A stretch of 64,000 nt of DNA from Myxococcota bacterium (GTDB lineage Bacteria > Myxococcota_A > SURF-8), in assembly GCA_963674735.2 (NCBI GenBank), contig CAXXQS010000003.1, forward strand, positions 132,174 to 196,173. Reading direction: 5' to 3'. The position numbers were made by a program, and so were the translations under genes. The notes beneath the pieces were generated by a model. That model saw nothing but the letters and a program-made list of their open reading frames with translations, did no database searches and was not told where the DNA came from. Shown here piece after piece: positions 1 through 8,201 of this stretch (position 1 is its first letter; each line of letters starts with the position of its first letter).

Positions 1-195
1 ACCGTCGACGATCGGCAGCATCAGGTCGAGGATGATGCAATCATAGGTGGAGGTCGTCAGCGCATCGAGTGCAGCCTGGCCATCGGGCGCACGGGTGACG
101 GTAAAGCCTTCTTCGCAGAATCCTTCCATCAGAAAATCACTGACGCGATTGTCATCTTCGACAAGCAGCAGGCTTTGAGAACTCGAATCCATCAT
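1..195 (-). CDS. response regulator, CheY-like receiver domain (5' part only; gene runs off window start)
   Basis: Reverse translation from ATG at 195 gives MMDSSSQSLLLVEDDNRVSDFLMEGFCEEGFTVTRAPDGQAALDALTTSTYDCIILDLMLPIVDG. It has the acidic EDD pocket and the phospho-acceptor Asp context 'IILDLMLP' typical of OmpR/NarL-type receivers. Confidence 0.8.
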   Translation of the reverse strand, partial: MMDSSSQSLLLVEDDNRVSDFLMEGFCEEGFTVTRAPDGQAALDALTTSTYDCIILDLMLPIVDG

Positions 196-431
196 CAACC
201 TCCAGTCCCATTATAGTCAAGGCACCGTCTTTCGCCAACCAATCAACGAAGAAGATCAAAAGTCGAGGTATTCGGGCTGATGACTCTTCGATCGGTTACC
301 CGAGAAAACTCACTATGATCAGCGGAATACGTTCGTTTTCGATGAGTGGAATGTTTGTATCTGAATAATTTTCTTTTCTTGACGATCCGCATTCGAGAAG
401 AGATGGATGGCCGGATGTGCCGTGAAACCAT

Positions 432-463
432 AAAAAAGCAGGGGCAGGAACGTATCCTGCCCC
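432..463 (-). terminator. rho-independent terminator (minus strand)
   Basis: 9-bp GC-rich stem ggggcagga (441-449) / tcctgcccc (455-463) with a 5-nt loop. An A6 run at 432-437 gives a U-tract on the minus-strand transcript. Confidence 0.6.
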
Positions 464-858
464 TAAGTCCGCGATTTGCGGGCGGGTGAGTTGAGGCGGT
501 GTGGAGGGAACGGGGTCATCATGGGCCGGGTGCCTGAAAAACCGAGAGTCCGATCATCGTGAGTCAACATCCTGAATTCGCTGGAGTGAATCACCCAAGT
601 CTCAGCGGTTGGGTCGACTGGCCTCGAAAGTTTGGTTTTCAAGAGTTGCTTTAATGCTCCACACATATTTTGTAATCGGTTTGAAGCGGGGAAAGTTTAG
701 CAAAAAGTGACCTAAAAACCGATTTGCCGCATCGCCTAATTCGTAGGCGTGGAATAGGCCGAACGAAATCAGGCGATTATACTGAATACGCAGGCATCGT
801 GTTAAGCTTCAGGCGAGCCGGAAGGTCGGTCGATCCCGGTTTTATTTCCCCAAATCAT

Positions 859-1542
859 TCATCGTTTGGCCAGGTAAATGATGTCCGTGGGACCGGCCTG
901 CGGGTCGATATCGGTCGAAACCAAGGTCTCAACCTCGGGAAAGATATCCCGTAGGGCTTCTTCCAGGGGTGGATTGGGGTTGGGGCTCCAGATCGCCAAT
1001 ATGCCGGGGGGTGCCAGAGCGCGACGGCAGACGGCCAGCCCGTCTTGGGTGTACAGGTGGGCGTTTCCAGCGGAGGCCAGCCAGCCCGGCCCATTGTCGA
1101 CATCCAGCAAAATGAGGTGATAGCTGGCATTGGCGGCCCTTAAAACCTCCATAACATCGGCTATTTGCAGGTTTACGCGCGGGTCCGCGATCGCGTGGCC
1201 GTTGGTTTCGGCGAAATACAGGCGGTTCCACTCCACCACCTTCGGGCCGATTTCGGCTACGGTGACGGCTGCAAGGTCCGGCAGGTCGAGCACGGCTCGC
1301 AAGGTGTGACCGGCCCCCAGTCCGCCCACCAGAGCGGACAGTTTTGGTGTGGGAGAGGGCAGGCGTTTGTAAGCCTCGGTGGCCATCACCACTTCGCCCA
1401 GCGCCCCGTGCGACGCCATCAGGAACGCGTCGTCGATGCGGATTTCATAGCCGATTTCGCCGCTTTCGGCGCGATAGCGGTGGAGCGTCAGTTCCCCGAA
1501 GGGGGTGGGGTCGCGGTCGATCAGGTCGTAGTGAATCTGCAT
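859..1542 (-). CDS. spermidine/spermine synthase-like (PABS family) protein
   Basis: 227-aa ORF with the Rossmann motif 'LVGGLGAGHTLRAVL' and 'LILLDVDNGPGW', typical of spermidine-synthase-like proteins. It lies co-directional downstream of the ABC permease. Confidence 0.75.
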   Translation of the reverse strand: MQIHYDLIDRDPTPFGELTLHRYRAESGEIGYEIRIDDAFLMASHGALGEVVMATEAYKRLPSPTPKLSALVGGLGAGHTLRAVLDLPDLAAVTVAEIGPKVVEWNRLYFAETNGHAIADPRVNLQIADVMEVLRAANASYHLILLDVDNGPGWLASAGNAHLYTQDGLAVCRRALAPPGILAIWSPNPNPPLEEALRDIFPEVETLVSTDIDPQAGPTDIIYLAKR

Positions 1543-1640
1543 GATGGCGCTACGGCTCCTTGTCTGAAAACCGGGGACAAACGACGCCTGACTGCATACC
1601 GCGATCCGCCGATCCGGTCAAGTGCGGACGTATATCGATT

Positions 1641-3107
1641 TCAATCGCGTGCCACTTCCTCCACCACGTTGAGGCGGTAGGTCAAGATCATGCCGATCAA
1701 CGCGAGCAGCTGTCCGGCGATCAAGGTGACGAAAAAGCTGAAGCTTTCCATGTGGGTGACGGTGAATGGCTCGATGTCTACACCGGCGGTCTGTTTGATC
1801 CAGTCCACCGACAGCCAGGCGAGGCCGTGTCCGAGCAGCAATCCCGCCAACGCGCCGAGAAGTGTCAGTCCCAGGATTTCCATCATGACCGTCGTCGCCA
1901 GGGTGAGACGTCCGACCCCCAGGCTGCGCAAAAGAGCCAGTTCACGGCGGCGTTCGTTGAGCGACATCACCAGTGTTACCAGAATCATGGCCAGAGCAAT
2001 CAGCAACATGCCGGAACTGACCGCCTCCACGAAGATTTCACCCTTGTTGATATGATTGACGAATTCGCGGATGCTGCGGGCGGTGTCGACCGCGATGGTG
2101 CCGTCGCGCAGGGTGTATTCGCGCTCCAGCATGCCGGTGAAGGCCGGGTTGGATGTGCGCACCAGGACCGCCGTCAACCGGTGAGTGGAGAGGGTGTACT
2201 TGTCCGGCTTGGGCGTATCGTGCGGGTTGTGCGCGTCGGTTTCCATGTGACCGGCATGCGCGTCATGCTCGGCATGCGTGTCATGCTCGGCATGCGTGTC
2301 ATGATCGGGGAGTGCGGTCTGCGCAGCATGCATTTCGTGCTTTTCGTGTCCACCGTGCCCGTCTTGTCCCTCGTGCTTCTCATGCCCGTCATGCTTCTCG
2401 TGTCCATCGTGGGCGTCGTGTCGATCGGTTGCATGCGAGTCATGACCGTGTGCGCCGTGTTTGTGATGTCCATGCGCGTGGATCTTCCAGACCGACTCGT
2501 ACTGGGTGAAAATGGCCATGTCCTCGGGTCCGCCGGTAGGATTCATGATTCCGGCGACGCGGTAGGTCAGTTCGGTGTGTTCGTGCGCCCCCATCGAGCC
2601 CACCATGCCGTGTTGGCCATGGAAGGTGTCGCCGACGCTCAGTCCGCTGCGTTGGGCGGCCGACCAGCCGATGACGGCGTTTTCGACGGCGCTCAGATCG
2701 ATGGCCCCTGCGGAGGCCCCGGCTCCCAGGTCGTCGAGAAAAGCCTTGTTGGTGCCGATGATCCGGATATTGCGGTAGGAGTCGGCCACCGCGATCGGGT
2801 AGGCGGAGATGACGCGTTTATCCTGCTCAAGCTCCTTGAACACCTCGAAGTCGATGGTGCCGGAGGGCTTGTCGATGTAAAACAAGGTCGATAGGATCAC
2901 CTGAACGCCCGAGGCTCCGGCCGGACCCACCACCAGCGGGTAGCGGATCGAACCTTCGACGGCGGTCTTTTTTACGGCGAAGTTGACCACGCCTACCCCG
3001 ACGATGAACACCAACGAGAGGGCGATGGCGGCGATGGAAACCAGGGTGGCGAAGCGGCGATGCGTCAGATACCGCCAGGCGAGAGTGGCTTGTGCGCGCG
3101 CTTTCAT
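1641..3107 (-). CDS. ABC transporter permease, FtsX/MacB-LolC type, with His-rich insertion
   Basis: 488 aa with an N-terminal TM helix, a large extracytoplasmic domain and a C-terminal 3-TM FtsX-like block (LLIALAMILVTLVMSLNERRRELALLRSLG). There is a 4-nt overlap with the upstream ATPase gene. Residues ~210-300 are an H/D/E-rich insert. Confidence 0.85.
   Translation of the reverse strand: MKARAQATLAWRYLTHRRFATLVSIAAIALSLVFIVGVGVVNFAVKKTAVEGSIRYPLVVGPAGASGVQVILSTLFYIDKPSGTIDFEVFKELEQDKRVISAYPIAVADSYRNIRIIGTNKAFLDDLGAGASAGAIDLSAVENAVIGWSAAQRSGLSVGDTFHGQHGMVGSMGAHEHTELTYRVAGIMNPTGGPEDMAIFTQYESVWKIHAHGHHKHGAHGHDSHATDRHDAHDGHEKHDGHEKHEGQDGHGGHEKHEMHAAQTALPDHDTHAEHDTHAEHDAHAGHMETDAHNPHDTPKPDKYTLSTHRLTAVLVRTSNPAFTGMLEREYTLRDGTIAVDTARSIREFVNHINKGEIFVEAVSSGMLLIALAMILVTLVMSLNERRRELALLRSLGVGRLTLATTVMMEILGLTLLGALAGLLLGHGLAWLSVDWIKQTAGVDIEPFTVTHMESFSFFVTLIAGQLLALIGMILTYRLNVVEEVARD
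2252..2305. repeat. 18-bp tandem repeat x3 inside the permease His-rich region
   Basis: cggcatgcgcgtcatgct / cggcatgcgtgtcatgct / cggcatgcgtgtcatgat. On the minus strand this encodes the repeated HDTHAE / HDAHAG peptide units. Confidence 0.8.
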
Positions 3108-3784
3108 GCCGCCACCTCCTTTCGACCCAGTTCGAGTACCGCTTGGGTGGCAAACTCCTTCAAAGCCGGATCGTGGCTTGCCAGAACCAAGGTGGTGCCT
3201 TGCCCATTGAGATCCTTCAGGGCCTCCACCACCGCTTGAGCCGAGTCCGGATCGAGGCTCGCGGTGGGCTCGTCGGCCAGCAGAATATCGGGTTGCATGA
3301 GGATGGCGCGGGCGGCCGCCACACGTTGCCGTTGACCCACCGACAGGTGATAGGGACGTTTGTGGGCGTGATCGCCGAGGCCGAAGCGCTCCAGAATGCC
3401 GCGTGCCTGATCGTCGAGACCGCGCCGATTATTGCCCGCCAAGCGCAGCGGTATCACCAGATTTTCAAGCACGCTAAGCGGCGTGAGCAGGTTGAAAGTC
3501 TGGAAGATATAGCCGACATGCGCCGCCCGGAAACGGTCGCGTCGGGCTTCCGAAAGTTGGCTCAGCTGGGTGTCGCCCAGGCGCACCTGTCCTTCGTCGG
3601 GGGGTAGAAGCCCGGACAGCAAATTGAGGAAGGTGGATTTTCCCGCGCCGGATGGGCCATTGAGCCGCACGGCGGCTCCCGCTTCGACGTGCCAGTCAAC
3701 GCCGTCGATGACACGTTGAACCCGTCCCTGGTCGTCGTGGAACAGCTTGGTCAGTCCACGAACTTCAATCATCATTCCCGGCAT
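3104..3784 (-). CDS. ABC transporter ATP-binding protein (LolD/MacB-like)
   Basis: Walker A 'GPSGAGKST', ABC signature 'LSVGQRQRVAAARA', Walker B 'ILLADEPTASLD'. Confidence 0.9.
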   Translation of the reverse strand: MPGMMIEVRGLTKLFHDDQGRVQRVIDGVDWHVEAGAAVRLNGPSGAGKSTFLNLLSGLLPPDEGQVRLGDTQLSQLSEARRDRFRAAHVGYIFQTFNLLTPLSVLENLVIPLRLAGNNRRGLDDQARGILERFGLGDHAHKRPYHLSVGQRQRVAAARAILMQPDILLADEPTASLDPDSAQAVVEALKDLNGQGTTLVLASHDPALKEFATQAVLELGRKEVAA

Positions 3785-4163
3785 GGGGCTTCCTCCTGGT
3801 TTGGCGGCGTTTGGCGGCCTGCCGTTTCAGTGCGGCGATTTCGATGGAACATTCGATCCACTCATCGGTCAGGGTTCGAAAACGCGCATAGGTGGCCAGT
3901 TGTTCGCGTAGGGTGTCGACGTCGTCGCGGCGAACGAATTCGGTGTGGCTGCGCCCTTTGCGTGTGTAGGTCAGTTGGTAGTAGGGACCGTGTCGCTGGG
4001 GATCTTCGGCGTTTTTGCAGCGGCAGGCGGGGTTCCCGCAGGTGTTGTATTGCTGCGACAGGCTGCCCGGACGCAGATCGCCCAGTTCGGCCAGTTCCTG
4101 TTTGATGGCGGCAATTCGTTGTTGTAGCTTCACAATACTCATAATTCTTATAGCACTCCGCAC
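3765..4163 (-). CDS. DUF6788-like small protein (Cys-cluster, coiled-coil N-terminus)
   Basis: Contains 'CGNPACRCKNAEDPQRHGPYYQLTY', recalled as characteristic of DUF6788 proteins. The listed start is GTG at 4163; an ATG at 4142 (MSIVKLQQ) is an alternative. The 3' end overlaps the ABC ATPase start by 20 nt. Confidence 0.6.
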   Translation of the reverse strand: MRSAIRIMSIVKLQQRIAAIKQELAELGDLRPGSLSQQYNTCGNPACRCKNAEDPQRHGPYYQLTYTRKGRSHTEFVRRDDVDTLREQLATYARFRTLTDEWIECSIEIAALKRQAAKRRQTRRKPHAGNDD

Positions 4164-4415
4164 CTACAAGATATTCCGGTCATAGGCAATTTTAGGTTGT
4201 TTGTCAATCCGAACTTGCAAAAAGAATCGGGGGAAAGCGTCTCGTCGGTGATGCGGGGGTCGGTTGTCGGGGCGAAATCGCGGTTGGGTTGTCTGGGTTC
4301 GGATGGGTGGGTCTGTGTCATGTCGCCTCCTAAGAGCGACGGTAGACGAATCTTAGGCAAAGGTAAAGGTGGCTTTTCGTTCGATGCGGCGGATGCGTTC
4401 GATGGGCGAAATAAA

Positions 4416-4670
4416 TCAGTCGGGATTGCGGATGAGTGCGGTTTTTTGGCTGCGGTTCAGCTGTTTGATGGCGTATTCGCGGGAGCGCGCCTCGCTTTCG
4501 GATTCGCAGGCGGCGGAATAGACGAGCGTTACCGGACGGCGCGAGCGGGTGTATTTGGCGCCCTTGCCGCTGTTGTGCGCGAGCAGACGCCGGTCGAGGT
4601 CGTTGGTCCAGCCGGTGTAATACGTGCCATCGGCGCATTCGAGGATGTAAACGAAGGCGCGGGCGGTCAT
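4416..4670 (-). CDS. GIY-YIG nuclease family protein (UPF0213-like)
   Basis: 84 aa from the ATG at 4670: MTARAFVYILECADGTYYTGWTNDLDRRLLAHNSGKGAKYTRSRRPV... This is the classic GIY-YIG core (YIL...YYTG...R...H). The longer 172-aa ORF upstream part looks non-coding. Confidence 0.8.
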   Translation of the reverse strand: MTARAFVYILECADGTYYTGWTNDLDRRLLAHNSGKGAKYTRSRRPVTLVYSAACESESEARSREYAIKQLNRSQKTALIRNPD

Positions 4671-4687
4671 GGATGAGTCGTGCGAGC

Positions 4688-5872
4688 TCAGAAGAGCAGA
4701 AACGCCATGGCCGAGCAGGCGATGGGAATGGTGAAGTTGTCGTCCACCCAGACGGTGAACAATTCGGCCAGTGTGCCGGTGACGGCCAGCGCCAAGGCGC
4801 AGATGAGGGCGTAGCCGATTGACAAGGCCGGGAGGGCCAGCGAAATGAAGATCAGGGAGGCCGCGAAGGCCGTGATGAAAAAGGCGCTGGTGCCGATGAC
4901 GCTCTTGTCGCGGAAAATCTTGCGGTTGCCCCAAAGCTTCCCGACGATGGTGGCGGCCGGATCGGCGATGGCGAGCACAACCGCGCCCGCCTGGACCACC
5001 GGGCGGTCGAACAGGAAGCAGGTGATCAGAAGTGCGAAGGTGTAATAGCTCGATCCGTTGATGTGGTGGCGCTCGAAAGGCCGTGCGATTTTACCGAAGA
5101 CGCGGTCGACCAGGAAGTTGTTCCAGCGTTCCGAATAACGACGGCTGATTTCGAGGGAAACCACGATGAACGACATAATGCCGAGGATCCACAGCACGTG
5201 CGTGCGCGTGAAAACGAATTGGTAAAGCAGGACACTGCCGATGCCCATCGCCACGTGGAACAGATTGCGGGGATAATTGATGGGTTTGAGGTGGGCGTGG
5301 CGCGCGAGGCGCTGCAAGCCGCTGACCTTCATATCGGACAAGGTGACCAGCAGGCTTTCGTAGCCGCTGGCCATCGACTGATAGAGCTCCTGCATGCGCT
5401 TGGCGTTGGGATGCTCGGCCAGCTCGTTGGCGTAGTTGCGCAGGGACGTTCCCAGTTCGTCCATGCCGTGCTGGAAGGATTCATGCAGTTCGCGCGAATA
5501 ATTCCTTAAAAAATCGGTAGCTTCTTCGAAAGATTCGCCCCATTCTTCCCGCTTTTCCTGCCACTCGACCTTGAATTCCTCTTGAATGGCCGACAGGCGC
5601 GCACTGAGTTCTTCGCATAAAGTCTGAATGCGTTCACGCCAGCTATGGTCGCTCATACGTGGCTTTTGCAGGGCGGAGACCAACTGTCTCAGCTCGGCCA
5701 TCAGTTCGTTCACTTGAAGGTTGAAGAGGTCTTCACGGCTGAGTACGGCTTCCATTGAACGGCACCTTCTTACTTGATCGGGCATCGGCCCTGGGGTAGA
5801 CGAAAACGCGAGACTGACATTCTTGGCGATTCCGTTCATTCTGTCAAGGAAGAAAGTGAGACAGAATGTCAT
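4688..5872 (-). CDS. membrane protein: helical N-terminal domain fused to a CTP-transferase/polyprenol-DAG kinase-like (SEC59/DGK1/VTE5-type) domain
   Basis: The C-terminal ~200 aa is multi-TM with 'AIADPAATIVGKLWGNRKIF..KSVIGTSAFF', resembling the phosphatidate cytidylyltransferase / dolichol kinase family. The N-terminal ~190 aa is acidic and helical. An alternative start lies at 5755 (MEAVLSRE). Confidence 0.55.
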   Translation of the reverse strand: MTFCLTFFLDRMNGIAKNVSLAFSSTPGPMPDQVRRCRSMEAVLSREDLFNLQVNELMAELRQLVSALQKPRMSDHSWRERIQTLCEELSARLSAIQEEFKVEWQEKREEWGESFEEATDFLRNYSRELHESFQHGMDELGTSLRNYANELAEHPNAKRMQELYQSMASGYESLLVTLSDMKVSGLQRLARHAHLKPINYPRNLFHVAMGIGSVLLYQFVFTRTHVLWILGIMSFIVVSLEISRRYSERWNNFLVDRVFGKIARPFERHHINGSSYYTFALLITCFLFDRPVVQAGAVVLAIADPAATIVGKLWGNRKIFRDKSVIGTSAFFITAFAASLIFISLALPALSIGYALICALALAVTGTLAELFTVWVDDNFTIPIACSAMAFLLF

Positions 5873-6180
5873 TAATTCGTCGGCAACCGCACGGCGGACC
5901 CCTCGCTCTTCGGCGATCTTTCACCCACATTCAAGCCGTAACACCCTGTTGCCGTAACAATTGACTCAATATTGGGTTGACAGTCCGAGATGCGTCTGCA
6001 TACTGGAAGAAGAGGTTTCAGATTTCCATTGTAGCCTTTTGTAAAGAGACCCTTATAAGGGGATAACCAGACCATGCCGCTTTACCAGATGAATGGCTTG
6101 ATCAATTACGAAGTACAAGGTTATCCCGGCTGGTGCGATACCGGCTGGTGCCCGATACCTTTCTAGCAGAGGAGGGAGTC

Positions 6181-7302
6181 ATGCCTCAAAATTCGCATAC
6201 GATACTGTCGTTTGGAGTGCTTGTCCTCGTTTTGCTGTCATTGTTGGGTTGCGATTCGGAATCCGGTGGTGTGGAGAATCCCGACGGGGATCAGGACGCA
6301 TCTGGAGATCAGGACGTATCCAGTGAATATGACGGCAATGCAAGGGATAACGATTGTGAGATATTTGCGCCTCAGCTTGATGAATCAATGTTGAGTCCTT
6401 GTTTTTATTGTTATTGGGGTGTCGCGGATATGCATGCCTGGGTTTCCAGAGGCGATGTGGATGCCAAATGCCAGACGTCCGTCGATTGTGCCCGACATCT
6501 CCCGTTTTTACAAAATTGCCTGGATCGGGAATGCCTGACCGACGATGTCGTTGCCTGCATGCAGGCGCGAAGCCCGTGGTTCGGTGATTGCGTTCCGACC
6601 ATCTATGCAGACGGGACTTTGGGTTGGCTGGGCGATTGTCCGATGAATGGAGGCCGCATGCTGTGCGTGAACAATGACGATGCGCCCGACGACTGTTCGA
6701 TGGATATATATTGTGGAGGCTGCTATTTCAGCAGTGCGACAATGGAAATGCAAAGTCAGCAAACGGAATATGGAAGGCCTTCTCTGCTGCATCAACAAGC
6801 TCTAGACGCGAACTATTTCCGGTCGATTCAATACTTTCCCGCCGGGAATATAAGCAAGCTGTGGCCCTATGTCAGCCCTTATGCCTTTCCGGTGGGCGTA
6901 AACGAACCGATCTGCGCGGATCTGGACTGTCGCATCTGCACGCCGGTGGATCCCTGTCCCGACGGCCAGACCTGCGCGGCGCGCCATCGCGGCGCGGCCA
7001 CAGCCATGGCCTACGACGAAGAAAACTACCTCATCGGCTACTGCGTGAAAGACGCCAACGTCGGTTGCCTCAACCTCGAAGACTGCCCGGGCGATCCTTT
7101 CTGCAAAGGCCAGTATTGCGGCATCTCCTGGCGCGAGGTCGACGGGGCGCGCGAGGCCTACTCCACCTGCAAAACGCACGGCTACGACCCCGACTACTAC
7201 ACCTGCCAGCTCCTCGACCTCTACCCCGACTTGGTCAACGAGCACGTGGTCGTCTGCGACGGCTCCCCCGCCGCCAACGCCAAACCGGAATGCACGGAGT
7301 GA
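6181..7302 (+). CDS. Cys-rich secreted lipoprotein, unknown function
   Basis: ATG at 6181 follows the SD 'gaggaggga'. Signal peptide plus lipobox 'LLSLLGC', an acidic DGD linker (NPDGDQDASGDQD), then many Cys including 'CLNLEDCPGDPFCKGQYC'. Confidence 0.7.
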   Translation: MPQNSHTILSFGVLVLVLLSLLGCDSESGGVENPDGDQDASGDQDVSSEYDGNARDNDCEIFAPQLDESMLSPCFYCYWGVADMHAWVSRGDVDAKCQTSVDCARHLPFLQNCLDRECLTDDVVACMQARSPWFGDCVPTIYADGTLGWLGDCPMNGGRMLCVNNDDAPDDCSMDIYCGGCYFSSATMEMQSQQTEYGRPSLLHQQALDANYFRSIQYFPAGNISKLWPYVSPYAFPVGVNEPICADLDCRICTPVDPCPDGQTCAARHRGAATAMAYDEENYLIGYCVKDANVGCLNLEDCPGDPFCKGQYCGISWREVDGAREAYSTCKTHGYDPDYYTCQLLDLYPDLVNEHVVVCDGSPAANAKPECTE

Positions 7303-7344
7303 TTCCTTTTCCGGTTTCGATTTCGCAGGGCACTTGGCCTTGTC

Positions 7345-7407
7345 ATCCCCGCGAAGGCGGGGATCCATGTTATTGAAATTGTGCTGGATTCCCGCTTTCG
7401 CGGGAAT
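7345..7407. repeat. pair of REP-like GC-rich hairpins
   Basis: atccccgcgaaggcggggat (7345-7364) and attcccgctttcgcgggaat (7388-7407). They generate the spurious peptides 'IPAKAGIQ', 'PRLRGDD', 'IPAFAGMT' and 'FPRKRES' in the ORF track. They lie just after the lipoprotein stop. Confidence 0.6.
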
Positions 7408-7470
7408 GAAAAAGTCGGAACGGAAAGCGGCAACCGGCCATCGGCTCCGTGGCGAAAGTGCTGTGTAAAA

Positions 7471-7505
7471 CATTGATTGACAAGTCAGTCAATGTTTCGT
7501 AGAGT
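7471..7505 (+). promoter_or_regulatory. sigma70-like promoter with overlapping imperfect palindrome (candidate TetR operator)
   Basis: TTGACA (7477-7482), a 17-nt spacer, then TAGAGT (7500-7505). The palindrome cattgattgaca/agtcagtcaatg (7471-7494) matches at 10 of 12 arm positions. It sits 37 nt upstream of the TetR start. Confidence 0.5.
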
Positions 7506-7541
7506 CGGGAGCATCGAACCCGCAACGAAAAGGAGCCGCCC

Positions 7542-8162
7542 GTGACCCGACGCGCCGAACAGCGCCAGATCAAAGAGACGCAGCTGATCGATGCCGCCCA
7601 GCGGGTGGTCCGCGAGAAAGGCTTCGCGGCGGCCCGCATGGCCGATGTCGCGCGCGAGGCGGGGATTTCCTACGGTTTGGTTTATCATTATTTCGGGAGT
7701 AAAGAGGCGGTGTTCGCCGCCATCTCCGATCGCTGGTGGACGCCGCTGTTCGACTTTCTGGAGGATCTCGAACGCGGAGCGCAGCCCCTCGAACGCCAAC
7801 TGAAAGACCTGACCGACTACTTCCTGCACATGTATCGCCGCAATCCGGATCTCGTTCACGTGGTCATTACCGAGTTGTCCCGCAGCCATTCCCATCTCAC
7901 TTCCAGCCAGCTGGCGAATTTTCAAAACCTCATTAGCGCCGTGGAGCGCTTGATCGCGAAGGCCCAGCGGGTCGACCAGTTGCGCCGTGACGTCAAGGCG
8001 CGCTATCTGGCCACCGCCTTTCTGGGTGCCGTGGAAACCTTTTTAACGAGTATGGTGCTGGTGAACCAGCCCATCGCCAACGATCACAGGGCCAGGCGGA
8101 TGGCGGACGGTATTCTGGATATCTTCTTCAACGGTGCCAAACCGGGCGTCGCGGGGGATTGA
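7542..8162 (+). CDS. TetR/AcrR family transcriptional regulator
   Basis: N-terminal HTH 'AAARMADVAREAGISYGLVYHYFGSKEAVF' is canonical TetR_N. Confidence 0.9.
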   Translation: MTRRAEQRQIKETQLIDAAQRVVREKGFAAARMADVAREAGISYGLVYHYFGSKEAVFAAISDRWWTPLFDFLEDLERGAQPLERQLKDLTDYFLHMYRRNPDLVHVVITELSRSHSHLTSSQLANFQNLISAVERLIAKAQRVDQLRRDVKARYLATAFLGAVETFLTSMVLVNQPIANDHRARRMADGILDIFFNGAKPGVAGD

Positions 8163-8201
8163 CGAAGCCGTCCCGCGCCGCCGCAGGAACGGGAGCAAAG
8201 C

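Noticed and set aside
463-666. 67-aa ORF as a confident protein-coding gene
   Set aside because: It has no Shine-Dalgarno, no recognisable motif and an odd composition. It is kept only as part of a finding (a transcript with a terminator) and not as a CDS feature.
2252-2305. Short tandem repeats as a possible CRISPR array
   Set aside because: The units are directly adjacent with no spacers. They lie inside a coding region and translate into the His-rich peptide repeat. No cas genes are present.
1560-2894. 444-aa plus-strand ORF antisense to the ABC permease. Similar long shadow ORFs occur at 8043-9245(-), 11112-12125(-), 14360-15772(-), 18178-20178(+), 19955-21631(+), 21678-23378(+), 27735-29216(-), 47372-48724(-), 58269-59285(-) and 59655-60722(-).
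   Set aside because: They lie opposite genes with clear family motifs. Their composition is Arg/Gly/Ala/His-rich and low-complexity, and they lack SD sequences. This is typical of stop-codon-poor antisense frames in high-GC DNA.
6802-7473. 223-aa and 70-aa minus-strand ORFs containing 'IPAKAGIQ', 'PRLRGDD', 'IPAFAGMT'
   Set aside because: These peptides are the well-known translation artefacts of REP-like hairpins. The rest of the 223-aa ORF is antisense to the Cys-rich lipoprotein gene.
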